Source of the DNA: Protoeuglena noctilucae
Taxonomy: Eukaryota
DNA length: 64,000 bases
Direction of reading: 5' to 3'
Assembly (NCBI GenBank): GCA_958009085.1
Contig: OY253687.1
Span: 248,001-312,000, forward strand
Below are positions 10,117 to 23,087 of this stretch, one piece after another. The position numbers and the translations under genes are program-made. Position 1 is the first letter of the stretch. The number at the start of each line of letters is the position of its first letter. A model generated the notes under the pieces. The model was given only the letters and a program-made list of their open reading frames with translations, had not been told where the DNA came from and made no database searches.

Positions 10117-12672
10117 TCACTCCAAAGATGCCGCGTCCTTGCTAGTCCCTCCCACCTGCCAGCTGCGGGCCTTGCCCACACGCGCGGGCCCTGAGATCAA
10201 ATGCCCCGCCTCTGCCTTCCTCGGTGGCACAAATGCCCGACGGAGCTTCGCGGGACGCGAAAGAGGCGCAGACGGCCCCTCCACCTTCACCCCAGGATCC
10301 ACCTTCACCCCAACATCAACTGCCACCTCCGTTACATCCCCACCCACGCCTCCCTGTCCTGGCCCCTCGCACCCCGCGTCGCCCCCCGCACCCACATCCC
10401 TCGCCTCACTCCGCCACGCCACTAAAGGGGCCACGTGGCGAACGCCAATGAACCCTCCGCGCCTTCGCACCCCCGCGATGTGCGGTCGGACCCCCTTGGG
10501 CCCAACCGGGAGCCCGGGCTTGGCGTAAGTGGCCCCAGCACAAAGCTCGACCTCAGCTGGGGCCCTGCCTCGAGCTCCAGCTGCCCCTGCACCCTCGCTC
10601 ATGTCAGGTGGCAGCTCAGGGCCGGCACTCAGTGGCGCTTGGATTGGCGCCGTAGTCCCCCCACGGTGGCACAGCTGGACGGCTTTGGCGGTGTTCCAGA
10701 GACCCAGGGCATTGCGGGGCTGCAGTGGCACCCGGCCGGCATGTACCGATGTGGTTGCGCGCGAGTTGTCTGGAGGCGGACAGCGAGGGCACGGGTGTGA
10801 GGCGGCGAGGGCGGTTTGCAGGCGCTGCTGCACAGGTCCAGCATTGCATGCTCATGTCATCGTGGGCAAAGTGACAGGTCGTTAGCGTTTTATCATCATA
10901 TGTCCACCTCACAAGTACGCTTCCACACTCTCAACGCCCTCGCCTCTCTCAGACGCCGTCCTCTCGCCCTGCCTCTCCCACGCGCGCACTCGTGCCGCGA
11001 AGCCCTCCGGGTCCTCGCAGCTGCAGCACGGCTGGTCTCCCTCCGCGCACCTCCGCACCGCCTCCCCAAAGTGCCGCGACAGCACCGCACGCTTGCACCC
11101 GGCGCCCGACGCAAAGGGCACCACGGAACCCCCGCCCTCGCCGCCCTCGTCGCGTCGGCGGCTCTGTGGCAGGCATGGGGGCCATCCGTGATCCTCTGCT
11201 ACCTGGTGATCGCATCTGCCCCATTACGATATCATGCAAGCAGGCCACAGCTACCCACCTGCGACTCGAGGCGCTGGGACTCCTTGACGCCCTCGTGAGA
11301 GACGTACATGCGAGAGACGGCCGGGGCGCCGTCCCGTGCCGCACGTCCCGACTCTTGCACGAAACCCTCGAGGCTCGTGGGGACGTCCCAGTGCACCACA
11401 AATCGGACGCTGCTGTGGTCGATGCCCATGCCAAACGACACCGTCGCACACACCACCTGGGACGCGGCAGAGATGGGGGCACGGCGTCGGGGGCTGAGCC
11501 ACGGGGGTGCGAAGCACAAAAGGGGTGAGGTCAGCTGGCTCCCGGCAGAGACTGACACTCGCATGTGTGTAGGAAGACGACGACACGCAGTACATGCGAG
11601 ACTCGCCTGCAAATGCTCTTCCTTCCATCGGCTCTGCACCCGCGCCCGAGTCTGGGCGTCCCGTCCTGCGTGGTAGGCCTCCACGTCGACTCCCGCGCTC
11701 TGCAGCTCCCGAGACAGCCAGTCCACCGTGTCCCGCCGCACACAGTACACGATGCCTGCAGGCGCCAGACCAGAGTTGTGGGTCGTTGAAAAACACATAT
11801 CCATTACCTTGCAAGCCGCCCTGCAGCCTCATGCTCAAGTTATACTCTCACCTGTGGAGCCCCCCTGCTTCTCAATGAAGGCCGCCAGGTCCGCCACGCA
11901 CTCCTCCTTGCCCCCGATGGCTTCCTTGAACGCCACCTCGTACCGAATCTCGCCACGGTGGCAGCTGTTCTCCACAGTCACAGGGTCCCGCATCGCGAGC
12001 GCGTCGCGGATGCCACGGCGCACCGCAGGCGTGGCCGTCCCCGTGAGCGCAAGGATCGGGACGTCCGGCGCCACCTCCCGCCGCAGCTCGCCCAGGGACA
12101 GGTATGCGGGGCGGAAGTCGTGGCCCCATTCGGTGCAGCAGTGCGCCTCGTCGACCGCCAGGCAGACCAGCCGGCCGTTCTGAGCAGTGGCACGCAGCGC
12201 GTCGCGCAGCTCCGGCAGCTGCAGGCTCTCCGGGGTTGTGAGCAGCACGCGCAGGTCGGGCTGGTCGTCCGCCAGGTCGCGCAGGACCCGCAGCTTGCGG
12301 TCGGGGGCCACGGAGCTGTTGATGCAAGCACAGCTCACGCCCGCGTCGCACATGTTCTCGTATTGGTCCTTGGCCAGGCTGATGAGCGGCTCCACGACAC
12401 AGCACACGCCTCCCAACATCAGCGCAGGGAGCTGCGGGCCGCGGAAACGATGCTCTCAAGTGCTGTTGTGCCACGACCTGGAGGTGCTCTCGATGGCTCC
12501 AGCGCACCTGGTAGCACAGGCTCTTGCCGGCGCCCGTGGGCAGGACGACGAGCGCATCGCGCCGCGCCATGACGGCCCGGCAAGCAGCCTCCTGGCCTGG
12601 ACGGAAGCTCCTGTGGCCAAACTCGCGTTTCAGGGCATCGAGAAGCGCGCTCCCGTCCATGACGGCGGCCAT
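10117..12672 (-). CDS. RecQ-family DNA helicase
   Basis: FGHRSFRPGQ, LPTGAGKSLCYQ, AVDEAHCCTEWGHDFRPAY, LTGTAT, GIVYC, YHAG, VVCATVSFGMGID, QESGRAARDG and a Zn-binding CKRAVLSRHFGE...C...CCSC. The 3' end is uncertain. Confidence 0.92.
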
Positions 12673-13848
12673 CACGCCCGCAGCGGCATGAGAAGGCACC
12701 GACAGCTCGCGTGCGCAGTTCGCAAACGGCGAGCGGGGACCAGCCGGAGCTACTGCCGGCGGGACGCAGGCGCTTAGAACAAGCGCACGTGAGAATGCCA
12801 GGGGCTGCGGACGATGCTTAAAAGTTCGTCCCTGAGTCTGACTGCCTGAAACATAGGCTGCCCGCGAGGACAACGGTGTTCTTCGGCTCACTTCGCTTGC
12901 ATATTTCCATCACCGGCGACCCAACCAAGACACGGTGTGCGTCCCGTCTCTTCTGCATCTTTCTCGAGCCCACAGCAGGTAAGCAAGCGGCACCTGGTCA
13001 GTTTGCGGCCTCAGATGGCACCGCGGCGCGTCGAGGAGCGGATGCCGACGCAGGACGCGCGGATCCCGTGGGCGGGAAGTGGTCGCGTCGCGCCCGTCCG
13101 CTCCCTCGGGCCTCGCGACCGCCGCGGCAGCGCCACGTGAATGCCTTTTGTTTTCCGGCAACGCGCGTCGATCCGCGGCCGCCGACCCGGTCCGCCGCGC
13201 CAAATGCGGCGCTTTTGGGGCGGAGGTCCGGGACGCGGGCTTGCCAGGCCGACGGGAGGCGTGGCCTTCCGCGGACGGCCTCCTGGCAGGCGCGGGCGCG
13301 GCCGGTAGCACCGCGGAAGCGCGGTGCGAGGCGTGCTGCGGGGCCGAGGGCGTGGCTCTCGGTGTGCCGCCCCCCGCGCTCGGGCGGACGCGGCGGAGCG
13401 CCGCGTGGTCGTTGAAGGTCCAGTCGATGGTCCACAATGGCCCCGTGGCGCTCCGATGACCCGGCGCATCGCGCGGGGAACCTCCGCAAAGCGTGGCCTC
13501 TGCCGCACGTCGCGGGGCCCCCGCGCGCGCCGACGCCGCGTCTGCGCCGAGGCTGGCCGCCTCCGTGGCCAAGGCTGGTCTCGGCTGGCTGCGGTCTCCC
13601 CGTTGGCGCTCCCGGTGCCCTCGTCGGCCGTTTCCCGGCGCCCCCGCCGTCGCTTCGGACGAGAGCAGGTGCGCCAGGCACGCCCGCCTCCGAAAGGCGG
13701 GATGCGCTGGTCGCGCTCCTCTCTCGCGCCGTCGTCGACCGGGAGTGAGCGCGTTTTAGGACCGAGCGCGGGCGGCAGCGCTGCTCCAGCCACTGCACTA
13801 ACGCACCTCCCGAACACGATCGCGCAGTTGCCGGGCAAGGGCGCCGCC

Positions 13849-16094
13849 ATGTCTTCCGTACGCGAGGTCGACGAACCGGGCCTTCCGCCAGGGTGGAAGG
13901 CCCTTTACGACTCGGCGTCGGGCGCCAAGTACTACTGGGACACGGTGGCCAATCGGACCACGTACGAGCGACCTACGGGAGCCGCGAACGGTGAGAGGGG
14001 CGGCGTCGCGTAATCTTTGGTCGATATTGCGCGGCTGGCTGTGCGGGCGACGGCGAGAGGCGCAGGGATGAGATGACGACGGGCATGGTGCTGATGGCTC
14101 GCAGAGGGTGATGCCAATGGCCGGGGGCGGTCGCGGTCGCGGTCGCCGGACCGGAAGCGCTCGCGTTCTCGTTCGCGGGACCGTGACCGGGGCGAGCGCA
14201 GGTCCCGGTTCGACCAGGGCCCGTCCAACGGCGGGGGCGCGTACAACTACGGCGGGACGGGCGTGTCGAACAACAGCTTCGGGGAGCAGTCCAAGAAGCT
14301 GACGTACGGCCGGGCCGAGGGCCGCGACTACCGGGAGCGCATGAAGATGCACGTGGTGGGGGAGAACGTCCCTGACCCCTTCACGACATTTGAGGCGGTG
14401 GGCTTCCCGCAAGACATCATGGCGGAGATTGCGCAGGCGGGGTTCAAGGAGCCGACGCCAATCCAGGCGCAGACGTGGCCGGTGGCGATGCAGGGCCGCG
14501 ACGTGATCGCGATCGCCAAGACGGGGTCGGGCAAGACGTGCGCCTTCCTGCTGCCGGGCATGCTGCACATCCGCGCCACGCGCAAGGACCCGCGAATTGG
14601 GCCGACGATCCTGGTCCTGGCCCCCACGCGCGAGTTGGCCGTGCAGATCAAGCAGGAGGCGGACAAGTTCGGGTCCCGCAGCATCTTCAACACGTGCACG
14701 TACGGCGGCGCCCCCAAGTCGGCCCAGCTGTCCGACATCCGCCGCGGCGTCCACATCATCATCGCCACCCCCGGCCGCCTCAACGACTTCCTCGAGTCCC
14801 GGCAGGTCAACCTGGCCCAGGTCTCGTACCTGGTGCTGGACGAGGCTGACCGCATGCTCGACATGGGGTTCGAGCCCCAGATCCAGTCCATCGTGGCGCG
14901 CATCCCCACGCAGCGCCAGACGCTCTTCTTCTCCGCCACGTGGCCCAAGGAGGTGAAGTCGATCGCTGCGCAGTTCGTGGTTAACCAGACGGTCCACGTC
15001 TTCCTGGGAGAGGTTCAGGAGAAGCTGGTGGCTAACAAGGACATCCAGCAGAACATCATCTTCACCAGCGGGTACGAGAAGCCCCGGAAGGTCCTCGACG
15101 TCATCCGGGGGTTCCCGAGGGACTACAAGACCATCATCTTCTGCGCCACCAAGCGCGGGTGAGCGGCGCACTCGGTGGCAACGGGGGTGGTGGTAGCGGG
15201 CGTGGGGTGGCAGACGCACGCCGGTGGCTGCTTGGCGATGGTCATGGGACTGCGACTGGCTTTCACGTGATGACTGACTTGGCATCTCCGGGCGTGTGGG
15301 CGCAGGTGCGATGACTTGGAGTTCATGTTCCGCCGGGAGGGCCTGCAGTGCGCGGCCATCCACGGCGACAAGTCGCAGCGGGACCGCGACTGGGTGCTGC
15401 AGTCGTTCAAGATGGGCCGCATCAGCATCATGATCGCCACGGACGTCGCCGCCCGTGGGCTCGACATCAAGGGCGTCAACGCCGTGGTCAACTTCGACTT
15501 CCCCTCGGTGAGCCGCAATAAGTGTTATATTGACTTCGCGCAACAATGGGGCCTCTGAATGGACGCGTTGTTGCCGCTGCCGCTTAGCTCTCCGACCTCG
15601 CCGGGGCGGTGGCACAGTGGGCGTGGCTAAAAGCTGCCCAATACAATTCGACAAGAATGACAACAACACACACACCCGTCACTCTTCCCCCTCCGCCTCC
15701 CCAGGGTGGCTGCGAGGACTACATTCACCGCATTGGTCGTACGGGGCGCGCGGGGGCCAAGGGCGAGGCCTACACCCTCTTCACCCACGACGATGGCAAG
15801 TTCGCACGGGAGCTCATGGAGATCATGCAGGAGGCGGACCAGATGGTGCCGCCAGAGCTGCACCAGATGGCGATGAGCGTGCGCCAGGCACGCGGCTCCT
15901 CCCGCTACGGCGGCGGGGGCGGGTTCGGGGGCCGCGGCGGGCGGGGCGGGGGCCGGGGCTTCGGCGGCGGCGGCGGGGGCTTCGGGGGTGGCTTTGGCGG
16001 GGGCGGCTACGGGGGTCCGGGGGGCTTTGGCGGCCCTCCCTCGTATGGAGGTGGGTACGGGGCCTCGCGCGGGGCTGCCCGGGGTTACTTCTGA
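13849..16094 (+). CDS. DEAD-box RNA helicase of the DDX5/DBP2 group with N-terminal WW domain and RGG tail (plant RH14/40/46-like)
   Basis: WW domain [10 protein letters not shown]...YYWD...TTYERP, then [60 protein letters not shown] and an RGG-rich C-terminus. Three GT-AG introns. Confidence 0.95.
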
Positions 16095-16672
16095 GCCTGT
16101 CGGGTGCCAGGCGAGGCCCATTTTGGATCGGGAGACGGGCGGCGCATCCGGCGAGCAGCTGCGGTCTGCTTGCTGGCTCTGTGGTGGTGATACGGGGGCT
16201 TGCCTCTGATCGGGTTTGCCTCTATGGGTGCGACATGGCGAGTTCTGCCTGACGTTGAAAGGCAGACTTGCCAAGGCTTGACACCTTTCCATCCGTACGT
16301 GGTGCCTGGATGCCTTCACAAACCCGCATGTCAGCACAGTGTGTGCGATGCTGTGCCCTCGGCTGATGCAGGGGCGCACCTGCACGGTGACGCCTACCAC
16401 GGCGCGAACGACGCCACGCTGCACAACCTGGCCTTCGGTCACACGGAGCGCGGCGGTGGGCGCGGCGGGCACGGACGCCGGTGGTAGGGCCGAGGCGAGG
16501 CGCCAAAAGATGGCAGTGTTCTAGCATGGGCATACCGAGCAGCCATGAGAATTTGAACGAAAAACTAGGTCTCAACGCACTGATACTCGTCATCGGAAGA
16601 GCAGCGACTCTCGAACAGGGCGAAGCATTGCATCTGTGGAGCCCAGCGTGGCAGCCGATCACGCTCCTCGCA

Positions 16673-18777
16673 ATGCATTCCTGTCGCGCCCATCTGCATC
16701 GATCCGTAGTCAGCGCTCGGGATGATTGCTACAGCGTCCCGCGCTGGAAAGGCACTGCGAGGGCCAGGGCCTCTCATCTTGACGCCTCTGGTTGGAGAGT
16801 CGTGCGCCAGCTGCGCGCGCGGCCGAGAGTGCGGGCCATGGGCAGCAACGAGGTGAGTGTTGTCGCGTTGTGCCATCCGCGTCATGCCGGCTGCGCTAGA
16901 GCAAGAGGGTCGATTGTAGGGCAGGCTTCGCCCCACCCTTCGTCTGCGGCCGCTTCCGCAATCCCTGCCCCGCCATGATCCCCAGCCGGATGCGGACGTG
17001 ATCGGGACGTTTGAGAAGGAGGCGAAGCGGATGGCACGTCCAGAGGAGGAGGCTTTTTTGGCAGAAATGTCCAAGGAAAGCAAGCCCTCGGGAACGAAGT
17101 CCGCCCAGGACCGCCTGAAAGCCGCGATGGCATACAAGGCGGCAAGAAGCGCGAAGCCTGTCGAAGAGACGTGTTCGGAGGGCGTCGTCGGGCAGGGGAG
17201 TGGCGAGGGCAGCGCAGGGCAGGGGGCGAGGGACGGCGGTCCTGCTGGCGGTCCTGCCGGGTTCCTAGACGGCGTGTTGGGGGCTCAAGCTCAGGCGGAA
17301 GCGACTGCGAAAGATCCGCGGAGGCTCGAGCTGGAGGAGAAGATGCGGTGCGTATCTGCACAAGTGGCGGAGACACCACATGACCTCGGCTTGCACCACC
17401 CTGGCCTCACCACCCGCAAGGGACACAAGCGCGAGCGAGCCCCGTCTCCTCCAACACCCGCAGGTCCGGCGCCATCAGCATGGAGCAGTACACGGTGCAG
17501 CTGGAGGAGCTGCGGCGGGCGTCCACGTCAGTGGAGTTTATTTCCATTGACAAAGACTACGCCCCCACCACGGGCAGCCCTGCATCGGACTATCAGCCCA
17601 AGGTGGCCACGTGGGGCGTGTTCCCTCGTCCCAAGAACATCAGCAACGCATTCGGGGGTGGCCGGAACCTGCCGCCCGGGTGAGGGGCCTGTTATTCGGG
17701 CTCGGCTTGCCCATGAGGAGGAGACCCCTGTCACGTGTGACGCGATGTTCAAACGTGACATCGGGTCGAGCCTCGGTACCAATCAAGCCATGGTTCTGAT
17801 GGCACACTGACGGCACTGACGTGCGCACGCTCTCTAGCTGCCCTGTGACGTTTTCAATTTGCACCGTGGTGGCGTTGCACCGCAGTCAGGCGTTGGAGTC
17901 TGAAGAGGAGCGAAAGGAGGCGCAGCGGCGGACGAGGGAGGCCCTGGCGCGGAACCGCCAGTCCGCGGGGTTGGTGACCGACGAGGGAGATGAGGCGGCA
18001 GCGCAGATCAAGTACGACGAGGGGATGGCGCTGATGAAGGCGGGGCGGCTGGAGGAGGCGGCGGAGGTGTTTGAGCAGGCACTGGCGTTGGTGCCGACAC
18101 GGTGAGCTGGCGAGAGGCACCAGCTGACCCTCGCGTGCGTGCGTGTGTAATGAGGTGGCCAGCTGACCCATGCATGCGTGTCTATGGGGTGCCAGGCGGA
18201 CTGTCGAGCGTGCGGGCCGTGGTGTGAGCGATGTTGCCGCTGGCCTGTGCTGCCCGTGCGTTCGCGAGGCCCGCCCCCTGGTGCCCATTGCAGGGGCACG
18301 ACGGGTGGCATGGCGGCCCTGCAACGTGCCATTTGCCTGGATAGCATGGGTCGTGGCGATGAGGCTCGGGCGCTGTACCGGCAGCTGGAGCGCCACTCGA
18401 TTGCCTACGTCGCCCGCACGGCCAAGCGCATGTCCTTCGGCTTTGCTGCCATGAAGAGCCTCAAGGTGATACCCTGCGCTTTGCGATGCGTGACGATCAC
18501 TGTCACCGACCTCGCTTCAGCCGGGCGCTGTCGCAGTCTGATCGCACAGGCATGGGATCCTCTGCCGCTGTTGCTTTGTTCGCAGACCGACACGATCTCT
18601 TTCATGGCCACCAAGGCCGAGTGGCGGCCGTACTTCGACACGTTCACGGACCGGCGATACCGGGCCTACGTCCGGCCTGAGGGGGAAGAGGACGACGTTG
18701 TGGTGCCGCTCGCCGCGTCCATCGCCGTCGTGGCCCTGCCGCTCGTCGTCGTGGGATCTTTCGTCCTCCAGAGATGA
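16673..18777 (+). CDS. TPR-like protein with C-terminal TM helix, probably plastid-targeted
   Basis: Block YQPKVATWGVFPRPKNISNAFGGGRNL, recalled as conserved in a green-lineage TPR family. TPR-like YDEGMALMKAGRLEEAAEVFEQAL and AICLDSMGRGDEARALY, a hydrophobic C-terminus and an Arg/Ser/Ala-rich N-terminus. Confidence 0.75.
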
Positions 18778-18915
18778 CAGACTTCTATCTTTGGTCAGAA
18801 ATGATTGGCATTGAACGATTTGTTGCTGACGTGTGGACCGAGCGGCCTTTGTAGTCTAATCTGACAGGAGCAGTCCCGGCGAACGTGCCGTGCTATGCTG
18901 TGCTAGAAGCCTATC

Positions 18916-20836
18916 TTACCCCACTCCACGCAACCCCGCTAGTAGCCGCTCCAAATCCTCCCGCCCACTCTCCTCGCCCTTGGCACCACCGCACGCGCGT
19001 GGCTCTCCGCACGTCCCTCGACACTCACTGCCCCCGCAGCGGTCCTCATCACCCCCGCAGCGGCCCTCTCGGTCCTCGCAGCGGCCCTCGCCGCCCCCGC
19101 AGCGACCCTCACTCCCCTCGCAGCGGCCCCCCCCTCGCTCCACAGCGCCGTCGCTTGCTGCGCCGTTCGCCCCGTCCCGCCTCTGCCCCCGCCGCTGCCG
19201 CCGCACCCCGATCGTCGGATCCCCCTGATCCAATCCGTCCAGCAACAAACACGCCTTGCACACGGTCTGGGACGACAGGAAGCCGCACCGTGCGCAGCGC
19301 CGCGCCTTGGGCGCAGCCACGGCCGCGGGCGCCACCGTCAGCGCCGCCCCCGATCTGACGATGTCGCTGATGACCCGCGGCCGTATCGCCTCCAGCTCCT
19401 TGACCAAGTCCCTGAGTCATGGAAGGCGTAGTGGCGACGTCACATCACAGTGCGGCATGCGACGCCCGGGCAGACCTACCTAGCGCCACTGCTACTTGGC
19501 AGAGCAGAGCTGTTAGTAGGTACGAGCCCAACCTCGCCCGCGCACGGCATCAGAATCGCCCAAACGGCAGCCTCGCCTGGTGTGCCCGCGTGCCGCGAAG
19601 GGCGCGTAGAGGCACTCCGTGGTAAAGTAGTCGAGGCGTTTGAAGTAGGCGTACATCACAATCTCCTTCTCGTACGTCTCGCGGAAGGGCTTGACCCTCG
19701 GGAGGCCGTGGGCCTCCTCGTCGTCCCCGCCCGTGACGGCCGAGGTGCACCGGCCCAAACGTGCTACATCCCCGCGCAACAGGTTCAGCAGCACGGTCTC
19801 CGCGATGTCGTCTGCGTTGTGGCCCGTGGCGATCTGCGGCGGTACAGGGTGGGGGGGCCCGTATCACTTGCAATAGGGGTTCAATTCCCTTCGTGCCACC
19901 AGGCGGACCGACGCACCAGTCGTGCACCCCTCTGCTCTGGGCTCAACTCCCGCGCACCCGGCGCTGCCTCCCGCCAACACGCACCTTGGCCGCTCCGACC
20001 ATCTCCGCGCCGCGGTCGAGTGCTCGCCGGCGAAAGACCCCGCAGAAGGTGCAGTTGTTCTTCCGCCCAATGCGCGCCACGATCTCGTCCATCGTCCAGC
20101 CGTACAAGTCTGCAGAGGCCGAGGTGCGCACGATGGACGCTGGCGTGAGAGTGCAAACAACCTCTGCGCCGGACAGGGCATGCTGCTGTTGCCAAGCGGA
20201 GCATGGCGGCTGTCGGGACACCCGAACCCACTCGCCCTTGTACGAGACGATCCTGAGAGGGATGCCATAGGTCTTCTCGTTCCGCTTCACCGTTTCCAGC
20301 GAGTCGTCGCGGTACCCCGCGATGCCCTCGTCCACCGAGACCAGCATGAGGTCCAAGCCGTATCCGTGGCGCTTGTTCAGCAGCGAGAGGAGGTGCGCGA
20401 GGACCGTCGAGTCCTTGCCGCCTGCGCATGCGATGGAGTCAGATGTGCAGGGACTTAGAAACTCGCGCGCGGCGTTCAGCGGGCGCCGGGAGGGAGGCAC
20501 ACGAAGGGCGCTCTTGCCACCTCCAAATCCCCACGCACCCGATGCGCCAATGGCCACGCGCTCCCCCGGAGAGAAGATTTGGTTGTCGACGATCGTGCGG
20601 TGGACCTCATCTTCGATGGCAGTGAAGAAGCACTCCCTGCGAGCCCGCAACACGTGCAGTCGACTCTGCGCGGCGCTACCCGCCATCATCCAGCGCGCTT
20701 TGGATACAAACCTTCAAAGCTGTTTCGTTGCATTCACAATAACTCACTTGCATATCACTTGCCCCGTCTTGGGCCTCTTCAGCGCCGCCAATCCGGTCTT
20801 GCACACGGCGCAGCCGCGTCGCCGACCGTCAGCCAT
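18916..20836 (-). CDS. CTU1: Cytoplasmic tRNA 2-thiolation protein 1 (CTU1/Ncs6)
   Basis: CAVC...KRPKTG..ICK, PP-loop [79 protein letters not shown] and [16 protein letters not shown]. Confidence 0.96.
19010..19135 (-). repeat. 21-bp coding tandem repeat (about 5-6 units) in the CTU1 tail
   Basis: The plus strand repeats cc(c/t)cgcagcg(g/a) every 21 nt, encoding [35 protein letters not shown]. Confidence 0.85.
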
Positions 20837-21159
20837 CCAAACCGGTTAGCATGGCGTCGCCCGGTGAGCGGCTTTCGGAAAGGGAGATGGATGCGCTGGC
20901 GATGACGAAATGAGCGTCCAGTGCCTAAATGCCAGCGGGTGATGCGCCGAACTTGCGTAGGGCACTACACTGGCGCATGCGCTGGTGAAATGACTAGGCC
21001 GATGCGCCCATCAGTGACGTGCGTAGAGCAAGGCTTCGTGGAGGCACTCCTGCTCCTGCGTCTCGAGGCCCGGGTGACTGCGTGCCCATCGTCACCAAAC
21101 AGTTGGGGTTGCCGTTGCCGTCGCGGGAATCGCTCCCTGCTCGTGAAGAGGGTGGAGGC

Positions 21160-22846
21160 ATGGTGAACATCGAGGAGATTGACTTCTCGGCTGGGGCCAG
21201 CGGGGCGCAGAAGGAGGCTGTCCCCGCGCCGAGGCAGGCTCCGCCCACGAAGGAGGAAATCATCCGCCGGAGCGCTCGGAGGCTCGTGGCGGCTCAGGAG
21301 AAGGCCCAGATGGATCTCAAGGAACGCTTCCGCAAGCTCATGGGTGCGTTGCTTCGCCGCGTCGCACGCCATCGCCTCGCCAGTGCCTGCGCAAACGTCG
21401 CGGACATTTGACGCCCTCATCGCGACACGATCCGCGCGAGCGACGCCCTCGCAGCGTGGCTGTTTGTCGTCGTCATCGTCCTCCAGATCCCCGTGTGCGA
21501 GGTACAGCATCCGAGCCTGGGAAAGGTCCCGATGTCCCCGCTGCAAGTCAGCGTGTCATACCTCTCCAGTGAGTTATGATTTGCGGGCTTCCTGTGCATA
21601 CGGCTTCTCTTACAGGCACTGCCTGCTGCCCCTTTGCTTCCTGGACGCCATGGCATGGCAACTGCGACTGGGACGTGCTGTTAAGTACCGCTCCCGACCC
21701 ATGCCACCGTCGCCTACACAGACTCCTTGAGCAACCTCATGGGCCCCGAGAAGCACGACGTCGTCCTCAAGGTCATGCTGTTTCCGGGGATCCAGTTCCG
21801 CAACGCGTGGAAGCTTTTCCACTGCCACGTCCGCCGATCGGACCTGCACTGCCGCCAGCCGTTCGTGACGTGGGCGTCCGCCCTCCAGAGCACGGCGCCG
21901 CTGCTCGCGCCGCAGGTGACGTGCGACGGCGGTGCGCTGTTACTGCTGGTCCTTGTCGGCTGACGCGGGCCTTTCTGGGGCAAGGCGGTTCAAAGGCCTC
22001 GCCAGGACATCGCCGGTGGCAATGGTTGCGTACAGAATGGTACAGTGCTGGGAGCCTGCGTGAGCTTGGTCATCGCAGGAGATCCGCCGGGCCCTGGAAC
22101 ACACGCTCGACAGCTACCAGGGGATGCAGATGGTCGTCACGGGATGCGCGTTCCTGACGCTCGCGGCCGCCGTCACCCTCCTCCGCTCCTCCGCCATCCT
22201 GGTGAGAGCGTGGGCGCCGTCGGCACGCTCACCTCCAACTGACTCAGCCGTATTTGATTTTCGATTACTTGGCCATCGCCCGGTTTTCGCAGTCGGTGCT
22301 GGGCGTGGCGACGCTGGGCTTCGCGTGCTGGCGCAACCACCTGCCCCTCAAGTACGGCATGTACCTGGTCGTCTACCTCGTCCACATGTCCGCGCGCTTC
22401 CCCATGGCCAGCAAGCGCGGCGTGAGGGAGCAGGCGAGGACCCTTACCCGACCGCAACACCGCTGCCTGCTCCCACTCTGCGTCCTCCTCGCGGGTCCGC
22501 TGTCGTGCCTTCGCACCTGTTAGTCAATGAACTCGCTATCTGCCCTTCCGCCCCTCAGGCGCACATTGCTGCGATCGCCAACTTTGAGCGCATTCTCCGC
22601 GCGAGTGGGATGACGGGGGAGGAGATCGAGGCAGCCACGGACGAGGTGGTGGGAGGGAAGGGCAAGGGGAAGCGTGACGGGGCCAAGAAGGAGACGACGG
22701 GGCCCCAGCAGGCGGCGGCTGGCGATAAGGGGAGGGCGGAGACTGGAGGTCGCGTCCAAGCAGGCGATGAGCCCGGGGGTGCCCCTGGCACAGGGGCAAC
22801 TGCCAGCGCAGGGGCGGGGGATGTCTCGCAGAAGGGGACTTCCTGA
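21160..22846 (+). CDS. Hypothetical multi-exon membrane protein
   Basis: Exon-like segments with GC3-biased codons (MVNIEEIDFS..., LSNLMGPEKHDVVLKVMLF..., SVLGVATLGFACW...YGMYLVVYLVHM, AHIAAIANFERILRASGM) flanked by splice signals. No family recognised. Confidence 0.6.
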
Positions 22847-23087
22847 GCTGTTTGCCGTGGGAACGACTGGCTGCGGGCTGCAGGCTGCAATGTCCTGTTT
22901 CAAGCCGCAATGCCGCCTGCAACAGCGCTCGTTGCTCGAGCCGCAACGCCAGCCAAGCCCGCACAGGCATGCCATACCCAGCGCCCTGCTTGCTCCTTGC
23001 GCCCCTCCTAAGCGTGCTCCCGCCACCCAGCCCTCGCCCCCACCCTACCCCACTCAGCAAAAAAAAAAAGCAATGGTCGCTGGGCTA

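Noticed and set aside
10830..10960. Possible GC donor in the RecQ 3' region
   Set aside because: The downstream reading frame is unresolved, so the junction cannot be supported.
13798..15675. 625-aa minus-strand ORF and similar long antisense ORFs (52408-53622, 60354-61283, 23557-24684)
   Set aside because: These are shadow ORFs opposite real genes, caused by high GC3 depleting stop codons.
22422..22558. Additional GC donor candidate at 22434 (CAG|GCGAGG)
   Set aside because: An in-phase GT donor at 22422 works equally well and no homolog motif discriminates, so it was not counted.
23059..23070. A-run next to the intronless F-box/ankyrin gene as a retrocopy poly(A) tail
   Set aside because: It is on the wrong strand (a T-run in gene sense) and no target-site duplication is visible.
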